Shown here: piece after piece, positions 16,840-27,213 of the stretch | How positions within the stretch are numbered: the stretch's first letter is position 1 | How the letters are laid out: every line of letters begins with the position of its first letter | Assembly (NCBI GenBank): GCA_963668205.2 | Contig: CAXXRZ010000005.1 | Coordinates: 27,106 to 91,105, forward strand | Source: an uncultured Draconibacterium sp. | Lineage (GTDB): Bacteria > Bacteroidota > Bacteroidia > Bacteroidales > Prolixibacteraceae | Direction of reading: 5' to 3' | Length of the DNA stretch: 64,000 bases | Notes under the pieces: model-generated | What the model saw: the letters and a program-made list of their open reading frames with translations, nothing else | The model's database searches: none | What the model was told of the DNA's origin: nothing | Translations under genes and position numbers: made by a program

Positions 16840-17940
16840 ATGGCTTTAAAATGTGGTATTGTAGGCTTGCCCAATGTGGGGAAATCAACTCTTTTTAATT
16901 GTTTGTCGAGCGCGAAGGCACAGTCGGCAAATTTCCCGTTCTGTACTATCGAGCCAAATATCGGTGTAATAACAGTCCCCGACGAACGCTTGATAAAACT
17001 GGAAGAAATAGACAAGCCGAAGAAAGTAGTGCCTACCACGGTTGAGATTGTGGACATCGCCGGGTTGGTCAAAGGCGCAAGCAAAGGAGAAGGGCTGGGG
17101 AACCAGTTCCTGGGGAACATTCGCGAAACCGATGCCATCTTGCATGTTTTGCGCTGCTTCGAAAACGACAACATCACCCACGTTGACGGCTCTGTAGACC
17201 CGGTACGGGACAAAGAAGTGATCGACACCGAACTGCAACTGAAAGATCTGGAAACGATAGACAGCCGGATTGAAAAAATGGCAAAGCAGGCCCGCCACGG
17301 CAACGACCCGAAAACAAAAAAAATGTACGAGCTGGCACTTAAATACAAAAAAGTGCTGGAAGAAGGCAAATCGGCAAGGACATTAAAACTTTATGAAGAA
17401 GAAGCCAAAATTGCCAAAGAATTTTTCCTGCTCACAAACAAACCGGTGATGTATGTCTGCAACGTTGACGAAGCTTCCGCAAAAACCGGGAACAAACATG
17501 TAGAGGCAGTAGAATCGGCAATAAAAGGCGAAGGCGCAGGGCTTTTGGTAATTGCGGCAGCAACCGAAGCCGATATTGCCGAGCTTGAAGAATATGAGGA
17601 AAAACAGATGTTCTTGGAAGAACTAGGGCTGGAAGAACCCGGCGTAAACAAACTCATACATGCCGCATACGGCCTGCTCGAATTGCAAACATATTTCACC
17701 ACAGGGCCAGACGAAAGCCGCGCCTGGACTTTCAAAAAAGGCACAAAAGCACCACAGGCCGCAGGGATTATACATACCGATTTCGAAAAGGGCTTCATCC
17801 GGGCAGAGGTGATAAAATACAACGACTATGTAAAATATGGCTCAGAACATGCCTGCCGCGAAGCCGGAAAGATAGGGGTAGAAGGCAAAGAGTACGTTGT
17901 GCAGGACGGCGATATCTTACATTTCAGGTTTAACGTGTAA
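16840..17940 (+). CDS. ychF: Ribosome-binding / redox-regulated ATPase YchF
   Basis: It begins GIVGLPNVGKSTLFN with the P-loop, has NFPFCTIEPN and a C-terminal TGS-like end VQDGDILHFRFNV. Its 366 aa is typical for the family. Confidence 0.95.
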   Translation: MALKCGIVGLPNVGKSTLFNCLSSAKAQSANFPFCTIEPNIGVITVPDERLIKLEEIDKPKKVVPTTVEIVDIAGLVKGASKGEGLGNQFLGNIRETDAILHVLRCFENDNITHVDGSVDPVRDKEVIDTELQLKDLETIDSRIEKMAKQARHGNDPKTKKMYELALKYKKVLEEGKSARTLKLYEEEAKIAKEFFLLTNKPVMYVCNVDEASAKTGNKHVEAVESAIKGEGAGLLVIAAATEADIAELEEYEEKQMFLEELGLEEPGVNKLIHAAYGLLELQTYFTTGPDESRAWTFKKGTKAPQAAGIIHTDFEKGFIRAEVIKYNDYVKYGSEHACREAGKIGVEGKEYVVQDGDILHFRFNV

Positions 17941-18016
17941 ATATTAACCTGAGCGGAACAAAAAACCCAAAAACATTTATGTCACTTTTTTGTTTATAAT
18001 AAAAAACAAAATAATT

Positions 18017-18523
18017 ATGGCAACAATAACATTAAAAGGCAATCCGATCAATACTGTGGGGGAACTCCCCAATATAGGAGATCAGGCAAAAGATTTTACA
18101 TTGGTTAAAGGCGATTTGTCGCATGTGGGGCTGGCAGATTTCAAAGGCTCAAAACTTGTATTAAACATATTCCCTAGCCTAGACACGGGTACTTGTGCCG
18201 CATCGGTTCGTTATTTCAACAAAGCGGCGTCCGGGCTTGGCAACACAAAAGTACTGTGCATTTCGCGCGACTTGCCTTTTGCCCAGTCACGGTTTTGCGG
18301 GGCAGAGGGGATTAAAAATGTTATTACCCTATCCGATTTCGCGACCGGAGGCTTTGGAAAGGATTACGGGCTTGAAATAGCCGATGGACCAATGGCCGGG
18401 CTTCACTCGCGGGTTGTTATTATAATTGACGAAGGCGGGAAAGTGGCCTATACGCAACAAGTGCCGGAGATTGTCGACGAACCAAATTACGAAGGAGCCC
18501 TTGCTGCTTTAAAAAATCAGTAA
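18017..18523 (+). CDS. tpx: Thiol peroxidase
   Basis: MATITLKGNPINTVGELP..., FPSLDTGTCAASVRYFN (peroxidatic Cys) and FCGAEGI fit Tpx. Confidence 0.9.
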   Translation: MATITLKGNPINTVGELPNIGDQAKDFTLVKGDLSHVGLADFKGSKLVLNIFPSLDTGTCAASVRYFNKAASGLGNTKVLCISRDLPFAQSRFCGAEGIKNVITLSDFATGGFGKDYGLEIADGPMAGLHSRVVIIIDEGGKVAYTQQVPEIVDEPNYEGALAALKNQ

Positions 18524-18765
18524 ATGATTTCACGCAAATTCCGTAGTTTGTGACAAACGGTCCAGATTTTCGGGAATCGCAAAACTTGCGTTTTGGGGCT
18601 GGACATTAACCTACTACCTGAGTCCGGCTAAAAATATGGCCTCAGTTTCAATTAATTTCCAGCAAGCCCAACAACCTATTGCACAAGCAATTGACTGCCA
18701 AGGAGGGAAACAAAAAAGGCTGGCAATAAATACGGCCAACCTTTTTTGTTGTTGCAAAATTTATG

Positions 18766-19083
18766 CTAACGCTGCTGTGGTGCATCGCTCATGTCTTTTA
18801 CAATCCCGTTTTTATCTACTTTTATCTGGACATCTTTGGCAACTTCCAAGATAATTGCAGTTTCTTTCACTTCAACAATTTTACCATAAATACCTCCTGT
18901 GGTAACTACTTTGTCTCCCTTGTCCAAGCTTTCGCGGAATTTACGGACTTCTTTCTGGCGTTTTACCTGCGGGCGGATCATGAAGAAGTAAAACACAACA
19001 ATTATAAGCAACAGAGGAAGAAAACTCATAAGCGGGTTTGCGTCCTGTCCTTCAGGTTGCATCATTAAAATAATATTCATCAT
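18766..19083 (-). CDS. yajC: Preprotein translocase subunit YajC
   Basis: It has a single TM helix followed by MIRPQVKRQKEVRKFRESLDKGDKVVTTGGIYGKIVEV. Confidence 0.9.
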   Translation of the reverse strand: MMNIILMMQPEGQDANPLMSFLPLLLIIVVFYFFMIRPQVKRQKEVRKFRESLDKGDKVVTTGGIYGKIVEVKETAIILEVAKDVQIKVDKNGIVKDMSDAPQQR

Positions 19084-19095
19084 TTCTTTTTGGTT

Positions 19096-19536
19096 TTAAT
19101 ATTTAATTTCTAAATCTTGATTTTGTACATCGGCAAAAATAGCCAATTGTTTTGTTTTTTTTGTATTGGCATATATTTCAATTGTTTTAAACTGTTTTCC
19201 CCATAAGCCCGAAGAATCGAACTCTACTTCAATTATCCCCGCCCCCCCAGGAGGGGTTGTTTTTTTATGGCTGCTTGCCTTTACGCACCCGCAATCGGTT
19301 ATAATATCGTCAATTACTAAACTATTGCTTCCTGTATTTTTAAATTCAAATGAAAAAACAACAATCTCGCCAGATTTAAGCGAACCAAAATTATGCATTT
19401 CTTCGGTAAACACAAACTCTGCCAACACGTTTGTCCCGGTTTGGTTTGTTTTAGGGCTTTCTGTTTTTGCACTACCGTTTTTGTCCCCGCAGGAAAAAAG
19501 TAAAAAAACAACCGGTATGAACAAATATCTTTTCAT
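19096..19536 (-). CDS. DUF1573 domain protein
   Basis: It has a lipoprotein-type signal and FEFKNTGSNSLVIDDIITDCGCV. The conserved nusB-DUF1573-yajC gene order supports the call. Confidence 0.75.
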   Translation of the reverse strand: MKRYLFIPVVFLLFSCGDKNGSAKTESPKTNQTGTNVLAEFVFTEEMHNFGSLKSGEIVVFSFEFKNTGSNSLVIDDIITDCGCVKASSHKKTTPPGGAGIIEVEFDSSGLWGKQFKTIEIYANTKKTKQLAIFADVQNQDLEIKY

Positions 19537-20486
19537 CAGGACTCGCCTATTAACCCCCTGCCTGCTTTTTGGATTTTGCCCGATTTCTTTAAATCTTTTA
19601 AGGTCTTGTCCAAAATCCCGTTGATAAAATTCCGGCTTTTTTCTGTGCTGTAATATTTTGAAAGCTCTATATATTCGTTCAGTGAAACTTTAGTCGGTAT
19701 TGAAGGGAAATAAAGGAACTCTGTAATTGCCAGTTGCATTACCAAAATATCCATAAATGCAATGCGTTCAACATCCCAGTTCTTTGAATGTTCCTTTATA
19801 AGTTCGCGCAGTTCATTGTGGTTAATTATGGTTTTACGGATGAGTTCTTTTGCAAAATCACGGTCTTCCTGATCTTTAAACATGGGCATTAAACGTTGGT
19901 CTGAATCAGAAAGTTCGTTGAATTTCTTCAGAGTCTTCACAATCATCGACACCACAAATTCAACATCGTCGTTCCAGTAAATACTTTGCTCTTCCAGTAC
20001 AATATACAAATCTTCTGCAACCAGTATTATTTTATTGAAGAGCTTCTCAATAAACCTACGGTCATCAATAAACGAACGGTTTTTATCGGCCATGTATTCT
20101 TTATATATGTCCGACCCAACCATGAACATGTACAGTTCTTTTATCAGCTCAGGGTAATCTTTCCAGCTTAACTTTTTTTGTTCAAGATAAGTATTTAACT
20201 GACGGTTGGAACGTAATTGTCCAATTACCTGGTTGGTGACAAATTTTGTATTTGGATGAAGATCTTCGTATGTGGGCTGATGCTTATTCCTCCTGATTTC
20301 TATCCGGCCTTCGGCGTAATCTGCAATATCAGTTACCAAGGCAAATAAATAATGGTACAAATCGTACGATTTATGGATACAGAAAAAAAGTTCCTTCTCT
20401 GTAAGGTTTATTGACTTTTCTTCTGCCGAGTAGTAAGCGTATAAAACCTGTAAAACCTTCGTACGGATAATCCTTCTGCTAATCAT
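19536..20486 (-). CDS. nusB: Transcription antitermination factor NusB (long Bacteroidota form)
   Basis: The start is set at MISRRIIRTKVLQVLYAYY. The C-terminal NusB fold reads ERIAFMDILVMQLAITEFLYFPSIPTKVSLNEYIELSKYYSTEKSRNFINGILD. Confidence 0.85.
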   Translation of the reverse strand: MISRRIIRTKVLQVLYAYYSAEEKSINLTEKELFFCIHKSYDLYHYLFALVTDIADYAEGRIEIRRNKHQPTYEDLHPNTKFVTNQVIGQLRSNRQLNTYLEQKKLSWKDYPELIKELYMFMVGSDIYKEYMADKNRSFIDDRRFIEKLFNKIILVAEDLYIVLEEQSIYWNDDVEFVVSMIVKTLKKFNELSDSDQRLMPMFKDQEDRDFAKELIRKTIINHNELRELIKEHSKNWDVERIAFMDILVMQLAITEFLYFPSIPTKVSLNEYIELSKYYSTEKSRNFINGILDKTLKDLKKSGKIQKAGRGLIGES

Positions 20487-20659
20487 TCTAATGAACTTCC
20501 AATGTTTTCGGCGCAAAATTAAACTTTTTTTGAAAACGCCGAGGCATTCTTTTGTTTTTATGACAGAACACTTACTTTTCAATGCCCCCCTTTATTCTTT
20601 TTGCCCAAGCAACACGGTGAAGGAGTGGGCAAGTAAGCCACTGCTAAAACATTCTCTGT

Positions 20660-21751
20660 TTACAGATCCTTGACCGCCTCAAACAGTGCAAGGATATTCT
20701 CTTCTGGGGTGTCATCTTGTATATTGTGTGCAGGTGCGATGATATACCCACCACCTTTCCCCAAAACCCCTGCCCGTCTCTTAACCTCGGCTTTGATTTC
20801 TTCAGGACTGCCATTTGGCAACAAATCCTGGACACAAATACCTCCAAAGAAAATTAGGTGGCTGCCAAATTCATCTTTTAGTTGTTGCGGGTCCATGCCT
20901 GTTGCAAGAGGTTGGATTGGGTTCAAAATGTCCAGCCCAACTTCTATAAAATCGGGGATCAATGGTTTTATGGCGCCACACGAATGCCAAGCAAGTTTTA
21001 TATCGGGATTTTCCTTGCGGAATTCAGCAAACATTTCCTTGATACGGGGCTTAAAAACCCTCCTGAATGTCCCCTGGTCCATCATCAAGCTGGTTTGCGA
21101 ACCAAAATCATCGCCGCACCACAACATATCTGCCCCCATCCCAATCATTTTTTTCCCATATTCAGTATGGATAGACTGAATTTTATCAAGTAACGGGCCT
21201 ATGTATTCAGCCCCCATCATCAAATCAATCAAAAATTTCTCAAGACCTGTTAAATACCAGGCTGTTTCAAACAATGTGGTTTCCAGGTCGGCAATAATGC
21301 CATGTGTGCCCCCATATTTGCCAATCATGTTTTTTGCAGCTTCCCAGCGTCCTGGGGCATATGGGTCAGGAAACGTAAAATCTCTTATGTCCCTACACGT
21401 TTGGGCATGGGCTAATGGGAACTCATAGAACTCGTTGTATTGGCCTGTGTCTTTAAATACCATGCCCCACTCATTTTTTATCAACCCGCCATCAAGCGAG
21501 ATTGTAGGGTTGTTTGCCGGGGCACAAGCAGCCACACCAATAGCATCTGCCCCTAAACCAGCCATCAGCCCCATATGGGATGCACGTGTTGACAACATAG
21601 AGTCAAGCGGTTCTTCATATGGTTGCCCAGTGAGTTTGCTCAACTTTTGTGCTACCTGAGGTGTAACTGAAACATATAATGGAGGCCTGTCTGCCACTCC
21701 CCTGCCTAATGTTTTTAAAAATCTTTCCCTTGAATTCATCCCCAACATCAT
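20660..21751 (-). CDS. Uroporphyrinogen decarboxylase (URO-D) family protein, MtaA/CmuA-like
   Basis: The URO-D fold is seen in MLWCGDDFGSQTSLMMDQGTFRRVFKP...HSCGAIKPLIPDFIEVGLDILNPIQP. The start could be ATG 21751, 21748 or 21739. Confidence 0.7.
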   Translation of the reverse strand: MMLGMNSRERFLKTLGRGVADRPPLYVSVTPQVAQKLSKLTGQPYEEPLDSMLSTRASHMGLMAGLGADAIGVAACAPANNPTISLDGGLIKNEWGMVFKDTGQYNEFYEFPLAHAQTCRDIRDFTFPDPYAPGRWEAAKNMIGKYGGTHGIIADLETTLFETAWYLTGLEKFLIDLMMGAEYIGPLLDKIQSIHTEYGKKMIGMGADMLWCGDDFGSQTSLMMDQGTFRRVFKPRIKEMFAEFRKENPDIKLAWHSCGAIKPLIPDFIEVGLDILNPIQPLATGMDPQQLKDEFGSHLIFFGGICVQDLLPNGSPEEIKAEVKRRAGVLGKGGGYIIAPAHNIQDDTPEENILALFEAVKDL

Positions 21752-21800
21752 TTGATTAGAAAATATTAATTTTACAGACACTAAATAACGCTAATTATCA

Positions 21801-22730
21801 ATGGCTATCAATAAACAATTTGATAAAACAACACCACAAATTGACAATCCGGGGGACAATGAATTTAAAAAATATATCCCCGTTTCGGAGATTGACAAGA
21901 GTTGGGGGTTCGCGGTACATGGCGTTGGGCATGCCAGGATCCCCCCAAACACCGACTATCCCCCTTTAGGCCACCCGGGGTCCCACAGGTTCGATTGGAA
22001 ACAAGGCCGTGTTTTACAGGAATATCATTTTATACTGGTTACAGAAGGGAAAGGCATCTTCGAAAGTCAATCAGCCGGGGCTATAAATATCAATGCAGGC
22101 GACTGTTTTATCCTATTCCCAAATGAGTGGCACCGATATAAACCCTTAGAAACAACTGGTTGGACAGAGTATTGGGTAGGGTTCTCCGGGCAAATTTCAG
22201 GGATAATTATGAAAGAGCTGTTCTTTAGTGTAAAACAGCCCGTAATCCAAAATTGTGTAAATATTTATATAAACAACCTTTTCATGTCCCTGTTTAATAT
22301 AGTCATAAAAGAACCGTTTGGTTACCAACGGACTGTGTCTGGGATTTGCCTCCAATTAATTGCCGGCATATGCAATATCCAAAAAAGCCCTGTGCCGAAC
22401 AAGGAAACACATACAATTACATCTAGGGCAAAAAACCTGATGCACCAAAAAATTACCGGGAATTTTGATTTTCAGTCTTTCTGTCGCAACGCCGGGATTA
22501 GCTATTCCAAATTCAGGGCAGATTTCAAATTCCAGACAGGCTTTTCCCCCTTACAGTATTTTCTCCTCATAAAAATCGAAAAAGCTAAAGAACTGCTAAA
22601 CAATACAGACATGAAAACGAAGCAAGTTGCCTTCTCCCTTGGGTTCAAGTCCGATCATTATTTTTCGAGGTTGTTCAAAGCCAAGGTTGGTTTTACCCCG
22701 CAAGAGTTTAGGGCTAAGAAACGGAAATAA
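21801..22730 (+). CDS. AraC-family transcriptional regulator (cupin-like N-terminus)
   Basis: The C-terminus FCRNAGISYSKFRADFKFQTGFSPLQYF...VAFSLGFKSDHYFSRLFKAKVGFTPQEFR is an AraC HTH. It is divergent from the URO-D gene. Confidence 0.85.
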   Translation: MAINKQFDKTTPQIDNPGDNEFKKYIPVSEIDKSWGFAVHGVGHARIPPNTDYPPLGHPGSHRFDWKQGRVLQEYHFILVTEGKGIFESQSAGAININAGDCFILFPNEWHRYKPLETTGWTEYWVGFSGQISGIIMKELFFSVKQPVIQNCVNIYINNLFMSLFNIVIKEPFGYQRTVSGICLQLIAGICNIQKSPVPNKETHTITSRAKNLMHQKITGNFDFQSFCRNAGISYSKFRADFKFQTGFSPLQYFLLIKIEKAKELLNNTDMKTKQVAFSLGFKSDHYFSRLFKAKVGFTPQEFRAKKRK

Positions 22731-22743
22731 TGTGTTTTCAGTT

Positions 22744-23247
22744 TCATAATTTGCCCGATTTCCCCATTTCCCATATTTCGAGGTCCCTCATGTCTTTCCC
22801 ATCAACAACAAACCGCAAGGCAGTACACACTTTATGGAAACCTATGTAACCGGCAGCCCCAGGGTTCATATGCAAAAAATCCAACTTTTTGTCGTAAATC
22901 ACTTTCAGTATGTGCGAATGCCCGCTGATAAACAAACCGGGAGGATCCCTAAAAATCCCGGGCATTACATAACGTTCATATTTCCCTGGATAACCCCCAA
23001 TATGCGTCATCCATACATCTACGCCCTCGCACATAAAACGCTGGTGCAAGGGGTAAACCACACGCACATCCTGTCCGTCAATATTTCCGTACACCCCTTT
23101 CAGCGGCTTGAAGCCTGCCAAACGGTCGGCAACGTCAACATTGCCAAAATCGCCGGCATGCCATATCTCATCCACCTTTTCGAAAAAAGCAAACAACCGG
23201 GGGTGGACAAAGCCATGAGTGTCAGAAAGGAGCCCGATACGTTTCAT
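22744..23247 (-). CDS. Metallophosphoesterase, YfcE/MJ0936 family
   Basis: Motifs LSDTHG, HAGDFGN, GNIDG and SGHSH are present. Confidence 0.85.
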   Translation of the reverse strand: MKRIGLLSDTHGFVHPRLFAFFEKVDEIWHAGDFGNVDVADRLAGFKPLKGVYGNIDGQDVRVVYPLHQRFMCEGVDVWMTHIGGYPGKYERYVMPGIFRDPPGLFISGHSHILKVIYDKKLDFLHMNPGAAGYIGFHKVCTALRFVVDGKDMRDLEIWEMGKSGKL

Positions 23248-23332
23248 AAAAAGATGGATTTTTTATTCATAAAAAGGCAAAATAAAGTAAATTTGTTTGT
23301 ATCGAACAGTAATAAATTAAAAATTTAACAGT

Positions 23333-23611
23333 ATGATTTCAATTGTTGCAAAATTTACAGTAAAAGAAGGCGAAGAGAAAAAATTCCTTTCAATTGCCAA
23401 CGAATTGGGAGGGGCATCGCGTGCAGAAGAAGGTAATATTGAATATATCCTGCACAAAGATGTAAGTAAACCAAACACTTACTGCATCCTTGAAAGGTGG
23501 AAAGACCAGGCTGCCATTGATGAGCATAACAGCACCGTCCATTTCACGTCTCTTGTCCCTAAGATATTGGAAATTTCCGAAGCTGAAATTGACGTTTATA
23601 AACCAGTTTAA
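23333..23611 (+). CDS. Antibiotic biosynthesis monooxygenase (ABM) domain protein
   Basis: It is 92 aa, with FTVKEGEEKKF...EGNIEYILHKD...ILERWKDQAAIDEHNSTVHF. Confidence 0.75.
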   Translation: MISIVAKFTVKEGEEKKFLSIANELGGASRAEEGNIEYILHKDVSKPNTYCILERWKDQAAIDEHNSTVHFTSLVPKILEISEAEIDVYKPV

Positions 23612-23623
23612 AAAATAGAGTAT

Positions 23624-24133
23624 ATGAAACGGGCAGTTATGAAACGGGCAGTTATTGTTCGCCATGCCAAATCTGTCCCTTATGGATATGAGGACGATTT
23701 CAACCGCGATTTGAAAGACCGGGGCAAAAACGATGCAGGGCATATAAGTAAAGAACTTGAGAAGAGGGGCGTATTCCCAGACATAATGGTTTCAAGCCCG
23801 GCAAAACGGGCAATTAAAACTGCCCGCATTTTTGCTGACAACCTGGAGTTCAACAAAAAAAACATCAGGGAGGAGAAGGCCATTTATGAAGGGCAGTCCA
23901 CCTATGAGTTCCTGGAAATGATACAGTCATTACCCGAAGGCACAGTAACAGCATTTTTTTTCGGGCACAACCCCGGCATCCATTATTTTGTAAATAACTT
24001 GTTGGGGGACTTTAACGGAGACATGCCTACCTGTTCTACCGTAGTGATTGATTTTAAAGCAAATACATGGAAAGAAGTGGAAGCCAGGACGGGAAAGATG
24101 GCTTTCCAACTTGTCCCGATAATGTTTAAATAG
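23624..24133 (+). CDS. Histidine phosphatase family protein (SixA-like)
   Basis: It has the RHAKS catalytic motif, SSPAKRAIKTA and FFGHNPG. The N-terminus carries a 15-bp tandem duplication (see findings). Confidence 0.75.
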   Translation: MKRAVMKRAVIVRHAKSVPYGYEDDFNRDLKDRGKNDAGHISKELEKRGVFPDIMVSSPAKRAIKTARIFADNLEFNKKNIREEKAIYEGQSTYEFLEMIQSLPEGTVTAFFFGHNPGIHYFVNNLLGDFNGDMPTCSTVVIDFKANTWKEVEARTGKMAFQLVPIMFK

Positions 24134-24835
24134 ATGCAACTTTTTTACATACCCGGAATTTCGGGAAATATTGTAACCCTCGACCAAACCGAATCGAAAC
24201 ATGCAATTAAGGTGCTACGGCTTTCTAAAGGCGATCAAGTTCAAATAATTGACGGGAAGGGCGGTTTTTATAATGCTGAAATACTGGAGGACGACCACCG
24301 GGGTTGCAAACTGTCGGTATTGAGTTCAACAAAAAGGACTGGGGAAAAAAAATTCAAACTTCATATTGCTATCGCCCCAACCAAAAACACCGACCGTTTT
24401 GAGTGGTTCCTCGAAAAAGCTACTGAAATTGGTATCAGCGAAATTACGCCATTGGTTTGCGATCACTCAGAACGAAAAACAATAAAGCCCGAACGGTTGG
24501 AAAAGATCCTGGTTTCGGCAATGAAACAGTCGCTAAAAGCCTACCTGCCAAAATTAAACAAAATAACCCCGCTAAAAGATTTCGTCCACAGAGCAACAGC
24601 GGGGCGCAAATTTATAGCCCACTGTCACGAAGGGGAAAAGAAGCACCTAAAGGATACTGTACCTGCAAATACCGATGTGTTGGTGCTAATTGGGCCGGAA
24701 GGCGATTTCAGTGCAGGGGAAGTTGATATGGCAAAAAAACTGGGCTTCATGGAAATTTCGCTCGGATCTTCGCGCTTAAGGACAGAAACAGCGGGGGTGG
24801 CGGCTTGCCATATTGTAAACCTGGCAAACGAATAA
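24134..24835 (+). CDS. rsmE: 16S rRNA (uracil1498-N3)-methyltransferase
   Basis: It has KHAIKVLRLSKGDQV, KNTDRFEWFLEKATEIGISEITPL and LIGPEGDFSAGEV...LGSSRLRTETAGVAA. Confidence 0.9.
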   Translation: MQLFYIPGISGNIVTLDQTESKHAIKVLRLSKGDQVQIIDGKGGFYNAEILEDDHRGCKLSVLSSTKRTGEKKFKLHIAIAPTKNTDRFEWFLEKATEIGISEITPLVCDHSERKTIKPERLEKILVSAMKQSLKAYLPKLNKITPLKDFVHRATAGRKFIAHCHEGEKKHLKDTVPANTDVLVLIGPEGDFSAGEVDMAKKLGFMEISLGSSRLRTETAGVAACHIVNLANE

Positions 24836-24880
24836 TTCTTATTTTCAACCTTGAATTGTATCTTTCGGAAAAATATTGCC

Positions 24881-25534
24881 ATGAAAAAATTACTGGTTTT
24901 CATTTCTTTTCTTTTTATGCTTTCAGCCTCGGGACAAAACCAGGCAGTTAAAATTGCGTTGGCAAAATATAATGGCGGCGGCGACTGGTATTCAGATCCT
25001 ACAGCCCTGCCCAATTTAATAGCTTTCTGCAACAAAAACTTAAATACAGGCATAAACCCTGAACCATCTACCATAGAAGTTGGCAGCCCCGAAATTTTCA
25101 ATTTCCCGTATGTGGAGTTAACCGGTCACGGAAATATCGTTTTCTCGGAAAACGATGTTATAAACATGAGGGTTTATCTCGAAGGCGGGGGTTTTTTACA
25201 TTGCGACGACAATTATGGTGTTGACGAATATTTCAGGCGCGAAATGAAAAAAATTTTCCCGGACAAAGATTTTGTCGAACTCCCGCCATCCCACCCGATT
25301 TTCCACCAGAAATACGACTTTAACGAAGGCCTGCCCAAAATCCATGAACACGATGGGAAACGCCCTCAGGCATTTGGCTTGTTCATTGGCAACCGCATGG
25401 TTTGTTTGTACACCTACGAATCGGACCTGGGCGATGGGTGGGAGGACGAAGCCGTCCATAACGATCCTTCCGGGGTACGGGAAAAAGCCCTCAAAATGGG
25501 GGCCAATATTATTTCGTACGTTTTTGGGCAATAA
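24881..25534 (+). CDS. DUF4159 domain protein
   Basis: It has a signal peptide, then YNGGGDWYSDPTALPNL. The start is set at MKKLLVF. Confidence 0.65.
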   Translation: MKKLLVFISFLFMLSASGQNQAVKIALAKYNGGGDWYSDPTALPNLIAFCNKNLNTGINPEPSTIEVGSPEIFNFPYVELTGHGNIVFSENDVINMRVYLEGGGFLHCDDNYGVDEYFRREMKKIFPDKDFVELPPSHPIFHQKYDFNEGLPKIHEHDGKRPQAFGLFIGNRMVCLYTYESDLGDGWEDEAVHNDPSGVREKALKMGANIISYVFGQ

Positions 25535-25711
25535 CCCCCCTCCTGTCCTCCCGCAAGCTGGCACGGGGAAGGGCTAAAGGGGATATCGCAGGGCATTGTG
25601 GGCTTGCCTCTGCCCCAAGATGACGGGTGCGGCATCGATTTGCAAAGCGAGCATGCACTTTAATTGTGAATAAAATATTTTTTTAATACCTTAAGCATCA
25701 AAACATACACC

Positions 25712-26176
25712 ATGAAACAGATAACCATTGCTTCTTTATTGATCTTTTTTCTCGTTTTAAATTCCATGGCACAGGATTATAAAACCGCGATCGGGGTACG
25801 CGGAGGGTTGCCTTACGGCTTAACGGTAAAACATTTTATAAAAGAAGGCACAGCACTGGAGGGCATAGTGGCAAGCCGATGGAAAGGGTTCAACTTTACG
25901 GGTTTGTACGAGATAAACTCAAATATATTTGCCCCGGGCTTAAACTTATACTGTGGGCTTGGCGGGCACATAGGCGCTTACGATGGCGACAACGGACGCT
26001 ACAGTGACGATGATTCTCATGCCATCCTGGGCATTGACGGTATAGTGGGGCTTGAGTACAACCTTACCGAAATACCTTTAAATATTGGTGTTGACTGGAA
26101 ACCTGCCATTGATTTGATTGGTGCCACTAAATTATGGGGAGACGAACTGGCTATTTCAATCCGGTATATCTTTTAA
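25712..26176 (+). CDS. Small outer-membrane beta-barrel protein
   Basis: It has a signal peptide, alternating Gly/aromatic strands, and ends IRYIF. Confidence 0.55.
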   Translation: MKQITIASLLIFFLVLNSMAQDYKTAIGVRGGLPYGLTVKHFIKEGTALEGIVASRWKGFNFTGLYEINSNIFAPGLNLYCGLGGHIGAYDGDNGRYSDDDSHAILGIDGIVGLEYNLTEIPLNIGVDWKPAIDLIGATKLWGDELAISIRYIF

Positions 26177-26191
26177 CGGCAACATCCCACA

Positions 26192-26215
26192 CAACAAAAT
26201 TCTCGTTTTTTGTTG
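26192..26215 (+). terminator. Intrinsic terminator candidate
   Basis: CAACAAAA-ttctcgtt-TTTTGTTG: an AT-rich 8-bp stem whose 3' arm lies within a T-rich run, 16 nt after the stop codon. Confidence 0.4.
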
Positions 26216-26332
26216 CTGGCAGCTTGCTCCTCTCACCTCATCTCCCATTGGGAATTTGTCGTCCGTTGCAAGTTAACGGTTGCTGGCTGGACTTTGGTGC
26301 AGCAATAACCATAAAACCGTAGGCTTCTTATA

Positions 26333-27211
26333 TCATCTTGTTACAATTACCAGATATTTAGATGCCTTCCAAAACCCAGCCTTGTCATCTATAAACAAAG
26401 TATCTGCACTATTTTCGCCGGAAATATGGAACGAGCCTGCCGGATGGACAGAAATAACTTCTGCTTTTTTTGCCAATAAAGGGACATAATCAAATTCCCG
26501 TATGTCAACCTTAGTAAAATAACCGTGGTTAAAATCTTCTTTTACATCGGAGTCCCTGCCTATGCCAAGCAATCCGCCGCTCCTCTCAATCACACCGTTT
26601 TCTTTCAATTCCCTCAAACTTCCATATGCATAATACGCTTCATTCAGTTCCTGGTTTTGAGATGCTATCTTATCCGACTTTTGGAGGTTTTCTTCCTCTA
26701 TTATTGCAATTTTCTGGTTCAACGAGCTGAGATCAAAATTTAATTTAGTGATTTCTTCGTTTAATATAAGTATTTCAGCATCTTTTTGCCCTATCTGCTT
26801 TTTTAGGCTGCTTACCATTTTTTCCAATTCGGCAACCATCCCCTGTAACTTCCCGTTCCTGAATCTGGCATTGCCCAACCTTTCCTGAAGCGAGGAAGCC
26901 AATTTTTTATTCTCCTTCAACAGATTATTGATAAGCGCAATATCGTCAAGAATCAACCCCTTTTGAGTAGGAGCCATCTCGTTCCCCCGCGATGTCCGCA
27001 CCGTAACCAAATCTTCCATCTTTTTAATTGAATCAAGATTTGCCTGTATTTCATTAAAATCATTCAGGAACCCGACAATAGAATACTCCTTAGCTTCGGT
27101 TTCGGACTGCAAGCTATCAATGGCCACAGACAACCGTTCTGCCTCTTTCTTATAATTATGGCACGAGGTTAAATAACATGCCGCCAAGATTAAAACTACC
27201 AGCTTTCTCAT
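26333..27211 (-). CDS. Hypothetical coiled-coil lipoprotein
   Basis: It has lipobox LTSC, followed by a long heptad-like region rich in E, K, L and Q. Confidence 0.5.
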   Translation of the reverse strand: MRKLVVLILAACYLTSCHNYKKEAERLSVAIDSLQSETEAKEYSIVGFLNDFNEIQANLDSIKKMEDLVTVRTSRGNEMAPTQKGLILDDIALINNLLKENKKLASSLQERLGNARFRNGKLQGMVAELEKMVSSLKKQIGQKDAEILILNEEITKLNFDLSSLNQKIAIIEEENLQKSDKIASQNQELNEAYYAYGSLRELKENGVIERSGGLLGIGRDSDVKEDFNHGYFTKVDIREFDYVPLLAKKAEVISVHPAGSFHISGENSADTLFIDDKAGFWKASKYLVIVTR

Positions 27212-27213
27212 TT

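Noticed and set aside
16827-17369. 180-aa minus-strand ORF
   Set aside because: It is entirely antisense to ychF, whose identity is unambiguous. Its translation is Ser/Phe-rich low-complexity sequence.
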